Below the pieces are notes generated by a model. The model saw only the letters and a program-made list of their open reading frames with translations, was not told the origin of the DNA and searched no databases. Below, piece after piece: positions 1 to 8,634 of a stretch of DNA of 59,217 nt. Numbering within the stretch: position 1 is the stretch's first letter; each line of letters starts with the position of its first letter. Source of the stretch: a virus (taxonomy: Duplodnaviria > Caudoviricetes); the IMG/VR virus record IMGVR_UViG_3300044962_000015, positions 1-59,217 of that record; one strand, written 5' to 3'. A program made the translations under genes and the position numbers.

Positions 1-154
<154 letters not shown>

Positions 155-195
155 TGCTTCTCCTCCATGATCAAAAACGATTGCGGGATGGTGCG

Positions 196-291
196 TGGCC
201 CTGGCAGGACTCGAACCTGCGGCCTTCTTACCGGCTCCTCGTCCGGCTGACCCCTGAGCGGGGTGCGCTCTTACCGCTGAGCTACAGGGCC
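196..291 (-). ncRNA. tRNA-like RNA 1 (canonical acceptor/D/T arms, non-canonical anticodon arm, long extra arm)
   Basis: GGCCCTG/CAGGGCC-A acceptor; TA-GCTC-AGCGGTAA-GAGC D arm; GCAGG-TTCGAGT-CCTGC T arm; middle ACCCC-GCTCA-GGGGT plus CCGG-ACGAGGAG-CCGG. Confidence 0.8.
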
Positions 292-382
292 GAACCCCGG
301 TGCGCGGAACCCGCCGGGCCGGGCCGCAAACCGGCGGGCCGCCGCAGTTGGAGCGGCCCCACCGGACTCCGCTAGATCATGA

Positions 383-571
383 TCACCAGCCGGTCGGCGG
401 CGGCAGGCAGACCCGGGTGACCTTGTGGCCCTCCCGGTGGGTGGAGACGTGGCCGCCCCGCGCCGTGCAGTCCCGGGTGAACTTGTCGCCCTTGTCCTTG
501 CTGCCGCAGCCGCCAGCCGTGGTCGCGACCAGCGCGACGACGGCGACGCCGATCAGCAGAATCTTCCTCAT
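383..571 (-). CDS. Small putative lipoprotein
   Basis: MRKILLIGVAVVALVATTAGGC signal/lipobox-like N-terminus, GGAGGA RBS. Confidence 0.7.
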   Translation of the reverse strand: MRKILLIGVAVVALVATTAGGCGSKDKGDKFTRDCTARGGHVSTHREGHKVTRVCLPPPTGW

Positions 572-605
572 GCTTCCTCCAAATGATTGCGGGGATGGTG
601 CGTGG

Positions 606-1139
606 CTAGACCTCGGTCTCCCGGCCCTTCTTCGGGAGGGTGAACTCGTGCACGCCCACCTCGCGGGCGGCATCGTTGACCATGTTGCGGATGTCGGCCG
701 GGGCGAACCGGCGCCAGCACTCCTCGCCGACGGGCTCGGCCCGGTGGTCCAGCGCGTCATGGTTCGCCCGCTGCCCCTCGATCCAGCCGTCCAGGGTGCC
801 CAGCACGGCCGCCAGGGCGGTGCTCTTCGCCGCCGCCACGTCGTAGGCCTCGTTCGCCACCTTGGCCTGCTTCTCCTGCCGTGCGGCGTCCGCGTCGTAC
901 GCGGCGTCGACGATGTTCGAGGCGTTGGCGTTGACGACCATCGAGTGCATCTCGTGGATGGCCTGGCCCGCCGCCCGCGCGTACGAGGCGTACTGGCTGG
1001 AGCCCTCGGCCGCCGCCTTGATGTTGTGGGCGGATTCCCGCTCGATCTGGTCGGCCGTGGCCCGCATCCCCGAGACCAGATGGTCGATGGTGCGCTGAAG
1101 CCGGGCCGCCGCTGCCGCCTCCCAGTCGCGGTCCGTCAT
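606..1139 (-). CDS. Hypothetical protein
   Basis: 177 aa, high GC3, ATGA-coupled to upstream gene. Confidence 0.75.
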   Translation of the reverse strand: MTDRDWEAAAAARLQRTIDHLVSGMRATADQIERESAHNIKAAAEGSSQYASYARAAGQAIHEMHSMVVNANASNIVDAAYDADAARQEKQAKVANEAYDVAAAKSTALAAVLGTLDGWIEGQRANHDALDHRAEPVGEECWRRFAPADIRNMVNDAAREVGVHEFTLPKKGRETEV

Positions 1140-1759
1140 CGCGCCGCCTCCAGCATCGCGACGAACCCGTTGGCCAGGGACGCCATGCGCTCGACGCCTT
1201 CCTTGGTGGTGGTGACCGTGACGTACGGGCTGCCCTGCAACACCTCGATGAAGGGCAGTACCTGGCCGGTGGCCGGGTCCAGGCCCTCACTGCCGACGGG
1301 CAACGAAGCGGCCACGTCGAGGAGCTTCTTCAGGAACGCGGGCCGGATGGCCCGTACGGTCTGCACCTCGTCCGGGTAGTTCTTCTCGGCCCACGCCAGC
1401 GCGGCGGCCTCGTCGGTGACCTTGACGCTCTTGCGGCCGTTGGAGTGGCCCACGGCGGCCAGCTTGGTGCCGTCCGGCAGGAACGCGCCGACGCGCTCCA
1501 CGTGCCGCTTGCCCATGTCGGCGGTGACGGCAGCCCGCAGCGTCTCGGCGGTGGGCTTCAGCACCTTCAGGTACGTCTCCAGCGCGGCCAGCTTCTCCGC
1601 GTCGGTCAGGGCCTGCTCGGTCACCGGCGACGTGTGGTACGGGCAGTCGCCCATGTTGTGGGTGGTGCAGTTGGCCACGCTGCCGTCCGCGTAGCCGACG
1701 TTCAGGTTGGGCTCCTGGGGGTCGCGTGGACCGATCCATCCGGGGGTCTTGTCGGTCAT
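1136..1759 (-). CDS. Hypothetical phage protein (possibly recombination-associated)
   Basis: 207 aa, GAGGAG RBS, in the ERF operon. Confidence 0.7.
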   Translation of the reverse strand: MTDKTPGWIGPRDPQEPNLNVGYADGSVANCTTHNMGDCPYHTSPVTEQALTDAEKLAALETYLKVLKPTAETLRAAVTADMGKRHVERVGAFLPDGTKLAAVGHSNGRKSVKVTDEAAALAWAEKNYPDEVQTVRAIRPAFLKKLLDVAASLPVGSEGLDPATGQVLPFIEVLQGSPYVTVTTTKEGVERMASLANGFVAMLEAAR

Positions 1760-1768
1760 GCCTGCTCC

Positions 1769-1942
1769 TCAGCGTGTGTGGTTGTTCCTGCAACAGGTGC
1801 AGGCGTTGTCGTGCTGCATGCCGTGGTGGCCCAGCGAGCAGGCCCAGCAGCCCTCGTACGGGATGCGGTTGCCGCCGGTGGTCTTGCCCAGGCCCAGCGC
1901 CTTGGCGAGGCGCTTCAGCGGACCCTGCTTCTCGGACGTCAC
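1769..1942 (-). CDS. Small Cys/His-rich protein
   Basis: GTGA overlap with upstream gene; CWAC...HH...H..CTCC. Confidence 0.6.
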   Translation of the reverse strand: MTSEKQGPLKRLAKALGLGKTTGGNRIPYEGCWACSLGHHGMQHDNACTCCRNNHTR

Positions 1943-2154
1943 GCGCACTCCCTGGTCGGCTGGCGGCACACCCGCAGCGTGCGGGCGATGTCGCCTTTGC
2001 AGTTGTCCACCGACCGGCCCTTGCCGGGCGTGGCCGGGGATGTGAGCTGGGTGTGTCCGCAGGGGCAGCGCCAGATCAGGTGCCCGTTCCGGCGGACCAG
2101 GGTGAACCCGGCCTGCCGGAACGCCAGCACCAGCGCGGTGCTGGCCTGCATCAC
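1939..2154 (-). CDS. HicA-like (dsRBD-fold) protein
   Basis: GF-x4-R-x-GH-x2-W...T-x-P-x-TP...R-x3-N pattern typical of actinophage HicA-like proteins. Confidence 0.55.
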   Translation of the reverse strand: MMQASTALVLAFRQAGFTLVRRNGHLIWRCPCGHTQLTSPATPGKGRSVDNCKGDIARTLRVCRQPTRECA

Positions 2155-3077
2155 TCAGCCTTCGGATCGGGCGTGTCGGCCTTCGCCGCCGCGACCTCCG
2201 CGTGTACGGCCAGCTCCCGGGCCTCGTACAGCACCTGGTCCAGGGTCTCCGTCTCGGACACCTGGAGCTTCAGCAGCCCCCGGGCCTCGGCGATGGTCTT
2301 CAGGCTGTCGATCCCGGTGACCGTGCTGTCGGGGGTCAGCGCCTCATCGCCCAGCCGCGAGGCCATGATCTCCGTCGCGGTGCGCTGCGGCTCGGTCTCG
2401 TCCGCCGGGTTGCCGACCTTGCGGTTGTGCAGGTCCTTACCGGCCATCCAGTCGTACGCCTTGACGGTCTTGTCCAGCTCGGCCGTGACCATCTTCGCCT
2501 GGTAGCCGAACACCTCGGCGTCGGTCCAGGAGGTCTTCGGCGGCTTGGGCGGCTCCTGCGGCTCGTGCGGCTCGTCGGCGTTGACGCCCCGGCGGTGCTG
2601 GTCGAACGCCTGCTCCGTACGGGGCCGGGCGTCCTCCCAGCGATCGCGGGCCGACTGCTGCGCCTTCTGACCGTCGTCGTCCTCCCCGCCCGGGAAGGTG
2701 CCGGTCAGAGCCAGGGTCAGGTACCGGCGGCCGTAGGTGTACGACGAGCCGATGTCCTGCGGCCCGGCCCGGCGGGGGTCAGGCAGTGGCCAGTAGCCGA
2801 TCTCCCGGTCGCCGCCCTCGTGCAGCAGCGCCACCTCCAGCATGAAGCCGCCGCTGGCGTCGATGACGCTCTTGGAGGTGATGGACAGGCCGTGCTTGCC
2901 GAGCGCGGGCAGGACGGCCTCGACCACCGCGTCCAGACCGGCGTAGCCGTACGAGTAGCTGATCTTGGCGCCGCTCTTACTCTCCCCGGTGACCTTGGCG
3001 GTCTCGTCTTTGCGGAGCTTCGGCAGCTCGGCTTGGAACGCGGCCAGGGCTGCGGCCAGGGAATCGTGTTTCGGCAT
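2151..3077 (-). CDS. ERF-family single-strand annealing protein
   Basis: LAAALAAFQAELP, YxYAxLDxVxxAVxPxLxKHGL, PQxxGSxxTYGRRY, GEDDDGQ. Confidence 0.9.
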   Translation of the reverse strand: MPKHDSLAAALAAFQAELPKLRKDETAKVTGESKSGAKISYSYGYAGLDAVVEAVLPALGKHGLSITSKSVIDASGGFMLEVALLHEGGDREIGYWPLPDPRRAGPQDIGSSYTYGRRYLTLALTGTFPGGEDDDGQKAQQSARDRWEDARPRTEQAFDQHRRGVNADEPHEPQEPPKPPKTSWTDAEVFGYQAKMVTAELDKTVKAYDWMAGKDLHNRKVGNPADETEPQRTATEIMASRLGDEALTPDSTVTGIDSLKTIAEARGLLKLQVSETETLDQVLYEARELAVHAEVAAAKADTPDPKAE

Positions 3078-3109
3078 CTGCGTGCTCCCTCGGTTGACTG
3101 TCTACGCAC

Positions 3110-3137
3110 AGCATACACGAGTTGCGCTAGCTGTCAA
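3110..3137 (-). promoter_or_regulatory. Sigma70-type promoter for ERF operon with degenerate TTGAC-N6-GTCAA operator
   Basis: TTGACA-16nt-TATGCT on minus strand; TTGCG-N6-GTCAA at 3122-3137. Confidence 0.65.
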
Positions 3138-3709
3138 GAGAGGGAGCACGGACTCAGGCAGAGCGCGCCCTGGGCGTTACCCGGGCAGGGGCCGTTGACG
3201 ATGGGGCACATCGGCCGGACCTCGGCGGGCGGTTCGGCCGCGCTCGGCCGGTACAGCGGGTTCGGCTCGGCGCTCTGCGTCCGCAGGTATGCGGCGTGCT
3301 CCCGCTCCCAGGCCACCGTCCGGGGCATCAGCGCCTCCCTGGAGCCCTCCGGCAGGTCGGCCCGTACGCGGGCCACCAGCTCGGCCACGGCCGCCGGGAG
3401 ATCGCTCAGAGCCAGCCGCGCACCGGTGGTCACCTCGGGCACAGCCTCGTCTCGCGGGATGCCGTGCTGGCCGGGCGCCCACGGCGACACCAGCCGCGCC
3501 CGCTCGATGTCCCGGACCGCGCGCCGGACGTGCGCGGGCATCATCCAGTCGGTCTCTTCGGCGTAGTGCTGCTTCACGGCCTCCAGGCAATCCTCAAAAG
3601 CCGCATCGGGGAGGACGGCCTGCCAGGCGATCACGTCGCCGTCGCCGATGGTCCGGCGGTCGTAGGCGCTCATCGCGGACAACAGCCGGGCAGTCTCGGA
3701 AAGATTCAC
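3134..3709 (-). CDS. Replication accessory protein (helicase-loader/inhibitor-like N-terminus)
   Basis: MNxxExxxLL...YDRRTI...AWxxxL...AVxxHY pattern, commonly directly downstream of actinophage initiators. Confidence 0.6.
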   Translation of the reverse strand: MNLSETARLLSAMSAYDRRTIGDGDVIAWQAVLPDAAFEDCLEAVKQHYAEETDWMMPAHVRRAVRDIERARLVSPWAPGQHGIPRDEAVPEVTTGARLALSDLPAAVAELVARVRADLPEGSREALMPRTVAWEREHAAYLRTQSAEPNPLYRPSAAEPPAEVRPMCPIVNGPCPGNAQGALCLSPCSLS

Positions 3710-4491
3710 AGTCCCTGCTCCTCGTACTTGGCAGCCAAGGCCATCCCCTGACTGATCCGGGCGTCGGTCGTGCTCGGCCGGTACGGCGCACCGGACGTCG
3801 GCACCAGGCCGTTACCGGGACGCCGGGGCGCCCGCTCGGCCGCCGTGCGCATCCAGTTGCGCCACGTCGCGGGCCAGTCCACCTTCCGGCCCTTCACGCC
3901 GGGGCAGCCCAGCCAGTAGTCCACGAACTTGTCGTGCTCGATCCGGCCGTCAATTACGGCCCCCAACTGCTCAGCGACGAACCAGGCCCGCATCTCTTCG
4001 GTCGGCTGATAGTTGTCGGGAATCCTCGTCGCTCGCTGCGTAGCGGCGCCCTTAACTGGAGTTGCTTCAGAACTAGATGCTTCTGTAGTAGGAAAGCCCT
4101 CCGGCTCCCGGCGGGTCCCCCCTCCGGCTCCCGGCGCCCCCCCCTCCGGCTCCCGGTGGGTACCCTCCGGCATCCGGCGGACGTCCGCCCAGTCTTCGGC
4201 GTCCGGCTCGGGCGTCTCGGCACCGTCGATTAGGAGCTGGTACCGGTTCGACTTCCGGGCACCGCTGGCGTGGTGGCGTTCGTACACCCGGATCAGGCCC
4301 TGCTCGATTAGCCGGGCGAGCGCGTCACGAATAGTGCTTTCGCTCAGCTCGGTCTCGGCGGCGATCAGCCGTGTCCGCAGGTAGCAGGAGTGGTCCTGCC
4401 CGGCGTGGTCGGCGAGGACGCGAAGCACGGAGCGGGCGCTGGAGCTACCGGCCTTCTGGGTGCGAACCCAGATCAAGGTCTCGAACGACAA
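3706..4491 (-). CDS. Replication initiator protein with N-terminal winged HTH
   Basis: Probable TTG start (MSFETLIWV); VLxxLADHA...IAAETELSESTIRDALARLxEQGLI...NRYQL; C-terminal FVDYW...KxDWxATWRNW. Confidence 0.85.
   Translation of the reverse strand: MSFETLIWVRTQKAGSSSARSVLRVLADHAGQDHSCYLRTRLIAAETELSESTIRDALARLIEQGLIRVYERHHASGARKSNRYQLLIDGAETPEPDAEDWADVRRMPEGTHREPEGGAPGAGGGTRREPEGFPTTEASSSEATPVKGAATQRATRIPDNYQPTEEMRAWFVAEQLGAVIDGRIEHDKFVDYWLGCPGVKGRKVDWPATWRNWMRTAAERAPRRPGNGLVPTSGAPYRPSTTDARISQGMALAAKYEEQGL
4097..4177. repeat. Four iteron-like 15-bp direct repeats (putative origin) inside the initiator gene
   Basis: CCCTCCGGCTCCCGG at 4097, 4120, 4142 and CCCTCCGGCATCCGG at 4163 (spacing 21-23 bp), next to an AT-richer tract at ~4050-4095. 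Confidence 0.75.
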
Positions 4492-4637
4492 GGTGACCCT
4501 TTTCAGATAGGGCACCCTCGGGAGTTGCCGTGCCTGTATGGCCTCGGTAGACTCCAGGGTGCGATGGTGCGACCGCGAAATCGCTCTTTGACCCCTCGGG
4601 CTGGCTGGCCCGGGGGGTCGGTCTATTTCTACACCCG

Positions 4638-4982
4638 TCAGGCTGCGGGGGACAGCTCCGACTCGGGGTGGTCGTACCAGACCCGCTGCGTGCGCTCGGC
4701 GAAGTGCTCGCGGATCGTCGAGGCGTACCAGAGCGGTTCCTTGATCTCCGGGAAGTCGACCTCGGGCAGGTGCCCGCGCTGCTTCCACTGCTGCGGAGTG
4801 AACCGCTCGACGCGCATGTGCCGGGCGATACCGGCCAGGTCCACGATCTGCCGGGTCCGCTCCAGCTCGCGAAGGTTGTCGTCGGGGCTGGCGGCGAGGG
4901 CGGTGCGCAGCCGCTGGACTTCGCCCTTCAGCCGCTCGATCTCCTGGCTCGCCTCCTGCCACATCGTCTTGTAACTAGGCAT
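4638..4982 (-). CDS. Coiled-coil + MerR/Xis-like HTH DNA-binding protein
   Basis: VDLAGIARHMRVERFTPQQWKQRGHLP...PLW. Confidence 0.6.
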   Translation of the reverse strand: MPSYKTMWQEASQEIERLKGEVQRLRTALAASPDDNLRELERTRQIVDLAGIARHMRVERFTPQQWKQRGHLPEVDFPEIKEPLWYASTIREHFAERTQRVWYDHPESELSPAA

Positions 4983-5154
4983 ATCTGTTCCTCACCTATG
5001 TTGCCGGGCGTTCGTCTACCACCAGCCTACAGGACTGACCTTGCTCGGGCCATGCCCTGCACCCTCGCTGACGTGCTCTGTAGTGCCATGGTTGACAGAG
5101 GGCGGCGGGCGATGCATGCTGGAGACGTTCACGACCACCGAGAAGGGACCGAAG

Positions 5155-5598
5155 ATGCTCAACCCGGTTGTAATACCCCTGCCCGTGGCCCTGGCGTTCG
5201 TCGTGGCCTTCGCCGCCGCCCTCTACGCCGCCAACCGCTACCTGCGCACCGACGCCTGGAACCCCTGGGACGGGCAGACCTGGGCCTCACCGGCCCCGAC
5301 CGGCGGTCGCCACCGCCCAGAGAGCATCCCCGAGGCGGATCGCCGCGACTGGGCGTACGTCGTCGCCATGCGCATGAGCGAGTCCGCCCAGCACCAGCCC
5401 CGCATCGCCACGTCCGCCCCCCTGGAGATCGAGGCGCCCCCCGTACGGTACGAGCTGGCCGTGCAGCACGGCTGGCCGCTCCGGCCTCTGGAGATCGAGG
5501 CCGCCGGGCTGCCCGACCGGGAGCCGGTCGAGCCGGGTCCGCTGCACGTCGCCGGGGACATCGAATGGGACACCCGCGAACTGGTGAAAGTCCAGTGA
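5155..5598 (+). CDS. Membrane-anchored hypothetical protein
   Basis: N-terminal hydrophobic helix; TGATG coupling to next gene. Confidence 0.65.
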   Translation: MLNPVVIPLPVALAFVVAFAAALYAANRYLRTDAWNPWDGQTWASPAPTGGRHRPESIPEADRRDWAYVVAMRMSESAQHQPRIATSAPLEIEAPPVRYELAVQHGWPLRPLEIEAAGLPDREPVEPGPLHVAGDIEWDTRELVKVQ

Positions 5599-6476
5599 TG
5601 AACGTCGAGCGCACCATCCGCACCGAGTCGGTGCGGATCCCGCGCCTACGCGACAGCTACGGCAGCTGCATGCCACTCGCCACCAGCATTCGCGACGGCG
5701 GTCTACGCCGCCCCATCACCCTCTGGAAAGACGGCACGATCATCTCCGGCGGGCGTCGGCTGCGCGCGCTGCTGCTGCTGGACGAGCCACGGGTGCAGGC
5801 CGTCTTCGTCGACACCATCGAAGACGCCGCGAAGCGCATGCTCGCCGACAACCAGGACGACGACCTCGCCCTGCCGTGGAGGTGGAGCGAGGTGTGCCGC
5901 CTGTGGGAGCTGCTGCGCCGTCTCGACGCACCCAACGCCGCCAAGCGCGCCGACGCCGCCCGGCGCCGGGGTGTCGAGCTGCGCCGGGCGACGCAGGCCG
6001 GGACGCGTAAGCCGGGCCGGATCCGCTCCCGCAGCGAGGACTACGTGCTCAGCATCATCTGCGAGCCGTTCGGCATCTCCGCCGCCACCGCCTACCGCCT
6101 CGAAGCCATCTACCACACCGGCTACGGCACCACCGAGGCGCCGGACGACAAGCGCGAGCTGGCCCGCGAGATCATGGCCGACATCGACAAGGGCGCCAGC
6201 GTCTGGCCCAACTACCAGCGGCTGATGGGCGTCCGGAACACCGTGACCCGCCCCCGCCCGGTCGTCGCGGTCGAACCGGCCCCCGCCGCCCGCCAGCTGA
6301 CCGCCTGGAGTAAGTCCCTGCCGCAGATGGAGGGCCTGGTGGCCGGGCTCGTCGAGCTGGGGCCGCCCAACGCCGAGCTGACCTGGGAACAGATCGCCCC
6401 GGCACACACTCGCCTCACGGCTGTACGCCGTGAGCTGGAAAAGATGATCAAGCAGATGAAGGAGCGCAACCAGTGA
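5598..6476 (+). CDS. ParB/Srx N-terminal domain protein
   Basis: LATSIRDGGLRRPI...IISGGRRLRA ParB box; HTH-like segment mid-protein. Confidence 0.8.
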   Translation: MNVERTIRTESVRIPRLRDSYGSCMPLATSIRDGGLRRPITLWKDGTIISGGRRLRALLLLDEPRVQAVFVDTIEDAAKRMLADNQDDDLALPWRWSEVCRLWELLRRLDAPNAAKRADAARRRGVELRRATQAGTRKPGRIRSRSEDYVLSIICEPFGISAATAYRLEAIYHTGYGTTEAPDDKRELAREIMADIDKGASVWPNYQRLMGVRNTVTRPRPVVAVEPAPAARQLTAWSKSLPQMEGLVAGLVELGPPNAELTWEQIAPAHTRLTAVRRELEKMIKQMKERNQ

Positions 6477-7267
6477 GCAACCCGAGGCCGACCAACCCCG
6501 ACCGCGTCACGTACGAGATGGTCGAACGCAAGGTGGGTGACCTGTGGGTCGACCCCAACGTGCAGCGCAGCCTGAAGAAGTCCCGCGTCGCGACGATGGC
6601 CGACAACTTCCGGCCCGACGCCCTCGGCGTGCTGACCACCTCGTACCGCTCGCCGAAGCGCATCCACGTGATCGACGGGCAGCACCGCTACCGGGCCGCC
6701 GAGTCTGCCGCCTACACCGGCGCCATCCCGACGATGGAGTACCACGGGCTGACCGTGCCCGAAGAAGCCGCCCTGTTCCGGATGCTGAACACCGCCGAGA
6801 AGCCGTCCCGCATCGACCAGTTCTTGGTTCGCTGCGTGGAGCAGGATGCCGCCTCGCTGCGGCTGGCCGGGTTCCTGAAGGATCACGGCTGGTCGGTCGG
6901 CACCGGCGCGGTCGAGGCTCGCCTATCCGCCATCGCCAGCCTGGAGCGGGTGTACTCGCTGAACCCCGAGGCCGCCGATGGCGCCCTGGCCGTGCTGACC
7001 CTGGCGTACGGGCACCGCCCCGCCGCCGTGCAGGGCGCGCTCATGGAGGGCGTCGGCCGGATGCTCGCCAAGTACGGCCGGGACGTCGACCTGGGAGACC
7101 TGGCCAAGCGCCTGGCCAGCGTCCCCGGCGGCCCGGACGGGCTGGTCGGCAACGCCCGGGGTCAGATGTTCACCCGCACCGGCAACCTGTCCACGCAGGT
7201 CGCCCGGGTCATCACCAACCTGTACAACCAGCGCCGCCGCACCACCGCCCTGCCTGAGTGGTCGTGA
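6473..7267 (+). CDS. ParB-like (DUF6551-type) protein
   Basis: VDPNVQR...VIDGQHRYRAA...EEAALF-xx-LN. Confidence 0.75.
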   Translation: MSNPRPTNPDRVTYEMVERKVGDLWVDPNVQRSLKKSRVATMADNFRPDALGVLTTSYRSPKRIHVIDGQHRYRAAESAAYTGAIPTMEYHGLTVPEEAALFRMLNTAEKPSRIDQFLVRCVEQDAASLRLAGFLKDHGWSVGTGAVEARLSAIASLERVYSLNPEAADGALAVLTLAYGHRPAAVQGALMEGVGRMLAKYGRDVDLGDLAKRLASVPGGPDGLVGNARGQMFTRTGNLSTQVARVITNLYNQRRRTTALPEWS

Positions 7268-7638
7268 CCGCAGAGGGCCGCAAGCGCCACGAGCGCAACC
7301 AGGAACGCCAGCACCCGCCGCTCCCCACGGAGCGGCGGGTTGCCGCGCAGACGAACACCTGGCTGGGCAAGGGCACCACGTCGGCTCAGCCCGGCGTGGT
7401 CTGGCTGAAACGCCCCATGCCCGACGGGCAGTGGCCCGCCGACCAGCGCCTGCCCCGCGACGACTCGTTCAGCTGGTGGGTGCGCTCGCACTGCGGCCAT
7501 CAGGGCGGGACGAAACAGTGGGCGTTCTACGAGGAGCGCTACGCCGACATGTACGAGCACGTGTTCCGGGAGGATCCCTGCCGGTGGACCCGCTGCCCCG
7601 AGCGCATCATGATCGAAAATGACGGGAGAGCCCGATGA
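7264..7638 (+). CDS. Hypothetical protein
   Basis: GTGA coupling, high GC3. Confidence 0.6.
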   Translation: MTAEGRKRHERNQERQHPPLPTERRVAAQTNTWLGKGTTSAQPGVVWLKRPMPDGQWPADQRLPRDDSFSWWVRSHCGHQGGTKQWAFYEERYADMYEHVFREDPCRWTRCPERIMIENDGRAR

Positions 7639-7805
7639 ACCCCGAGGCCGCCGACCTCTCCGACAACCTGACCCGAGCCATCCGCGATCGCAACTGGTCG
7701 GCGGTGTCCGCCGTCCGGGACCGCCTCGATCTCGACGCCGGACGCGAGCCATGGAAGCTGACCGACCCGCCCCGCCCGTCCATCGAGGAGACCGAGCGTG
7801 GCTAA
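7635..7805 (+). CDS. Hypothetical protein (56 aa, below ORF-track cutoff)
   Basis: ATGA coupling; MNPEAADLSDNLTRAIRDRNWSAV... Confidence 0.6.
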   Translation: MNPEAADLSDNLTRAIRDRNWSAVSAVRDRLDLDAGREPWKLTDPPRPSIEETERG

Positions 7806-8160
7806 CTGGGCCTGGCCGCACACCCCGTCCAGCATCTGCGCGCGCCTGCTGCTGCTCGGAGGGCCGTTCGACGGCGAGGAGGTGGCCTTCCTGCCGCCCG
7901 ACCTGGCCGCCCCCGCACAGATCGTCTGGTCCGGCTGGTCCCCGCAGGGGTTCACCGCCTGGCTGTACGAATGGCACGGCGAGAAGGCCATGGACCGGGG
8001 CCGTACCGACGCCCTGGTCTACCGGGCCACCGGCCGCCGCCTGGGCGCCGAGGAGATCCCGCCGCTGATCGCCGACGACGCCGAGATGTGGGCGGACGGC
8101 GCGGCGATGATCGTCAGCGTGTTCGACGTTCCCGCCTGGCTGCTCTGGCCCGGCGTATGA
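7798..8160 (+). CDS. Hypothetical protein
   Basis: GAGGAG RBS; LLGGPFDGE motif common in small actinophage proteins. Confidence 0.7.
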   Translation: MANWAWPHTPSSICARLLLLGGPFDGEEVAFLPPDLAAPAQIVWSGWSPQGFTAWLYEWHGEKAMDRGRTDALVYRATGRRLGAEEIPPLIADDAEMWADGAAMIVSVFDVPAWLLWPGV

Positions 8161-8360
8161 GGGCCTGGGCTTTGTGGTCGTCGCGGGTCGATCCGTACAG
8201 CGCGCACGAGCTGGTCGAGCTGTTCGCCCAGCAGGAGGTGGCCGAGGCGGTCAGGGCTGGCCTGATCGGCAAGCCTCGCTATCCGGGTACGAGAGTCCTG
8301 GCCTGGGAGGACGACGAGGATTTCCCGGACCTTTACATCCGGTCCGTGGAGATCCGCTGA
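8157..8360 (+). CDS. Hypothetical protein
   Basis: ATGA coupling. Confidence 0.55.
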   Translation: MRAWALWSSRVDPYSAHELVELFAQQEVAEAVRAGLIGKPRYPGTRVLAWEDDEDFPDLYIRSVEIR

Positions 8361-8405
8361 CCAGCACGCATCATCCCATCGTTTTTGATCATGGAGGAAG
8401 AGGTC

Positions 8406-8591
8406 ATGGGCAACCCCGCCAACAAGAAGCGGTCCGACGGTAAGCTGACCGGCGGCAAGGCAGCGCAGGGCGCCGCCAAGGCGTACAAGGCGACCGGCAA
8501 GGTGCCCTCCCGCAACATGGAGGTCGGCGGCGGCACCAAGAACCTCGCCATGCGGCGGCTCTGGCGCATGCTGTTCGGCGAAGACGAGTAG
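8406..8591 (+). CDS. Small basic protein
   Basis: GGAGGAAGAGG RBS; Lys/Gly-rich. Confidence 0.6.
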   Translation: MGNPANKKRSDGKLTGGKAAQGAAKAYKATGKVPSRNMEVGGGTKNLAMRRLWRMLFGEDE

Positions 8592-8634
8592 GTCCCCGGG
8601 CGTCCCGTAGGCTTGGCCCTCGTAGGAGGAGCCC

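Noticed and set aside
196-291. Reading tRNA-like 1 as tRNA-Glu(CUC) or an opal suppressor/Sec tRNA (UCA)
   Set aside because: CUC would need G at position 33 and only a 4-bp stem; UCA is off-centre; acceptor and D arms are not SelC-like; TGA is used as a normal stop throughout
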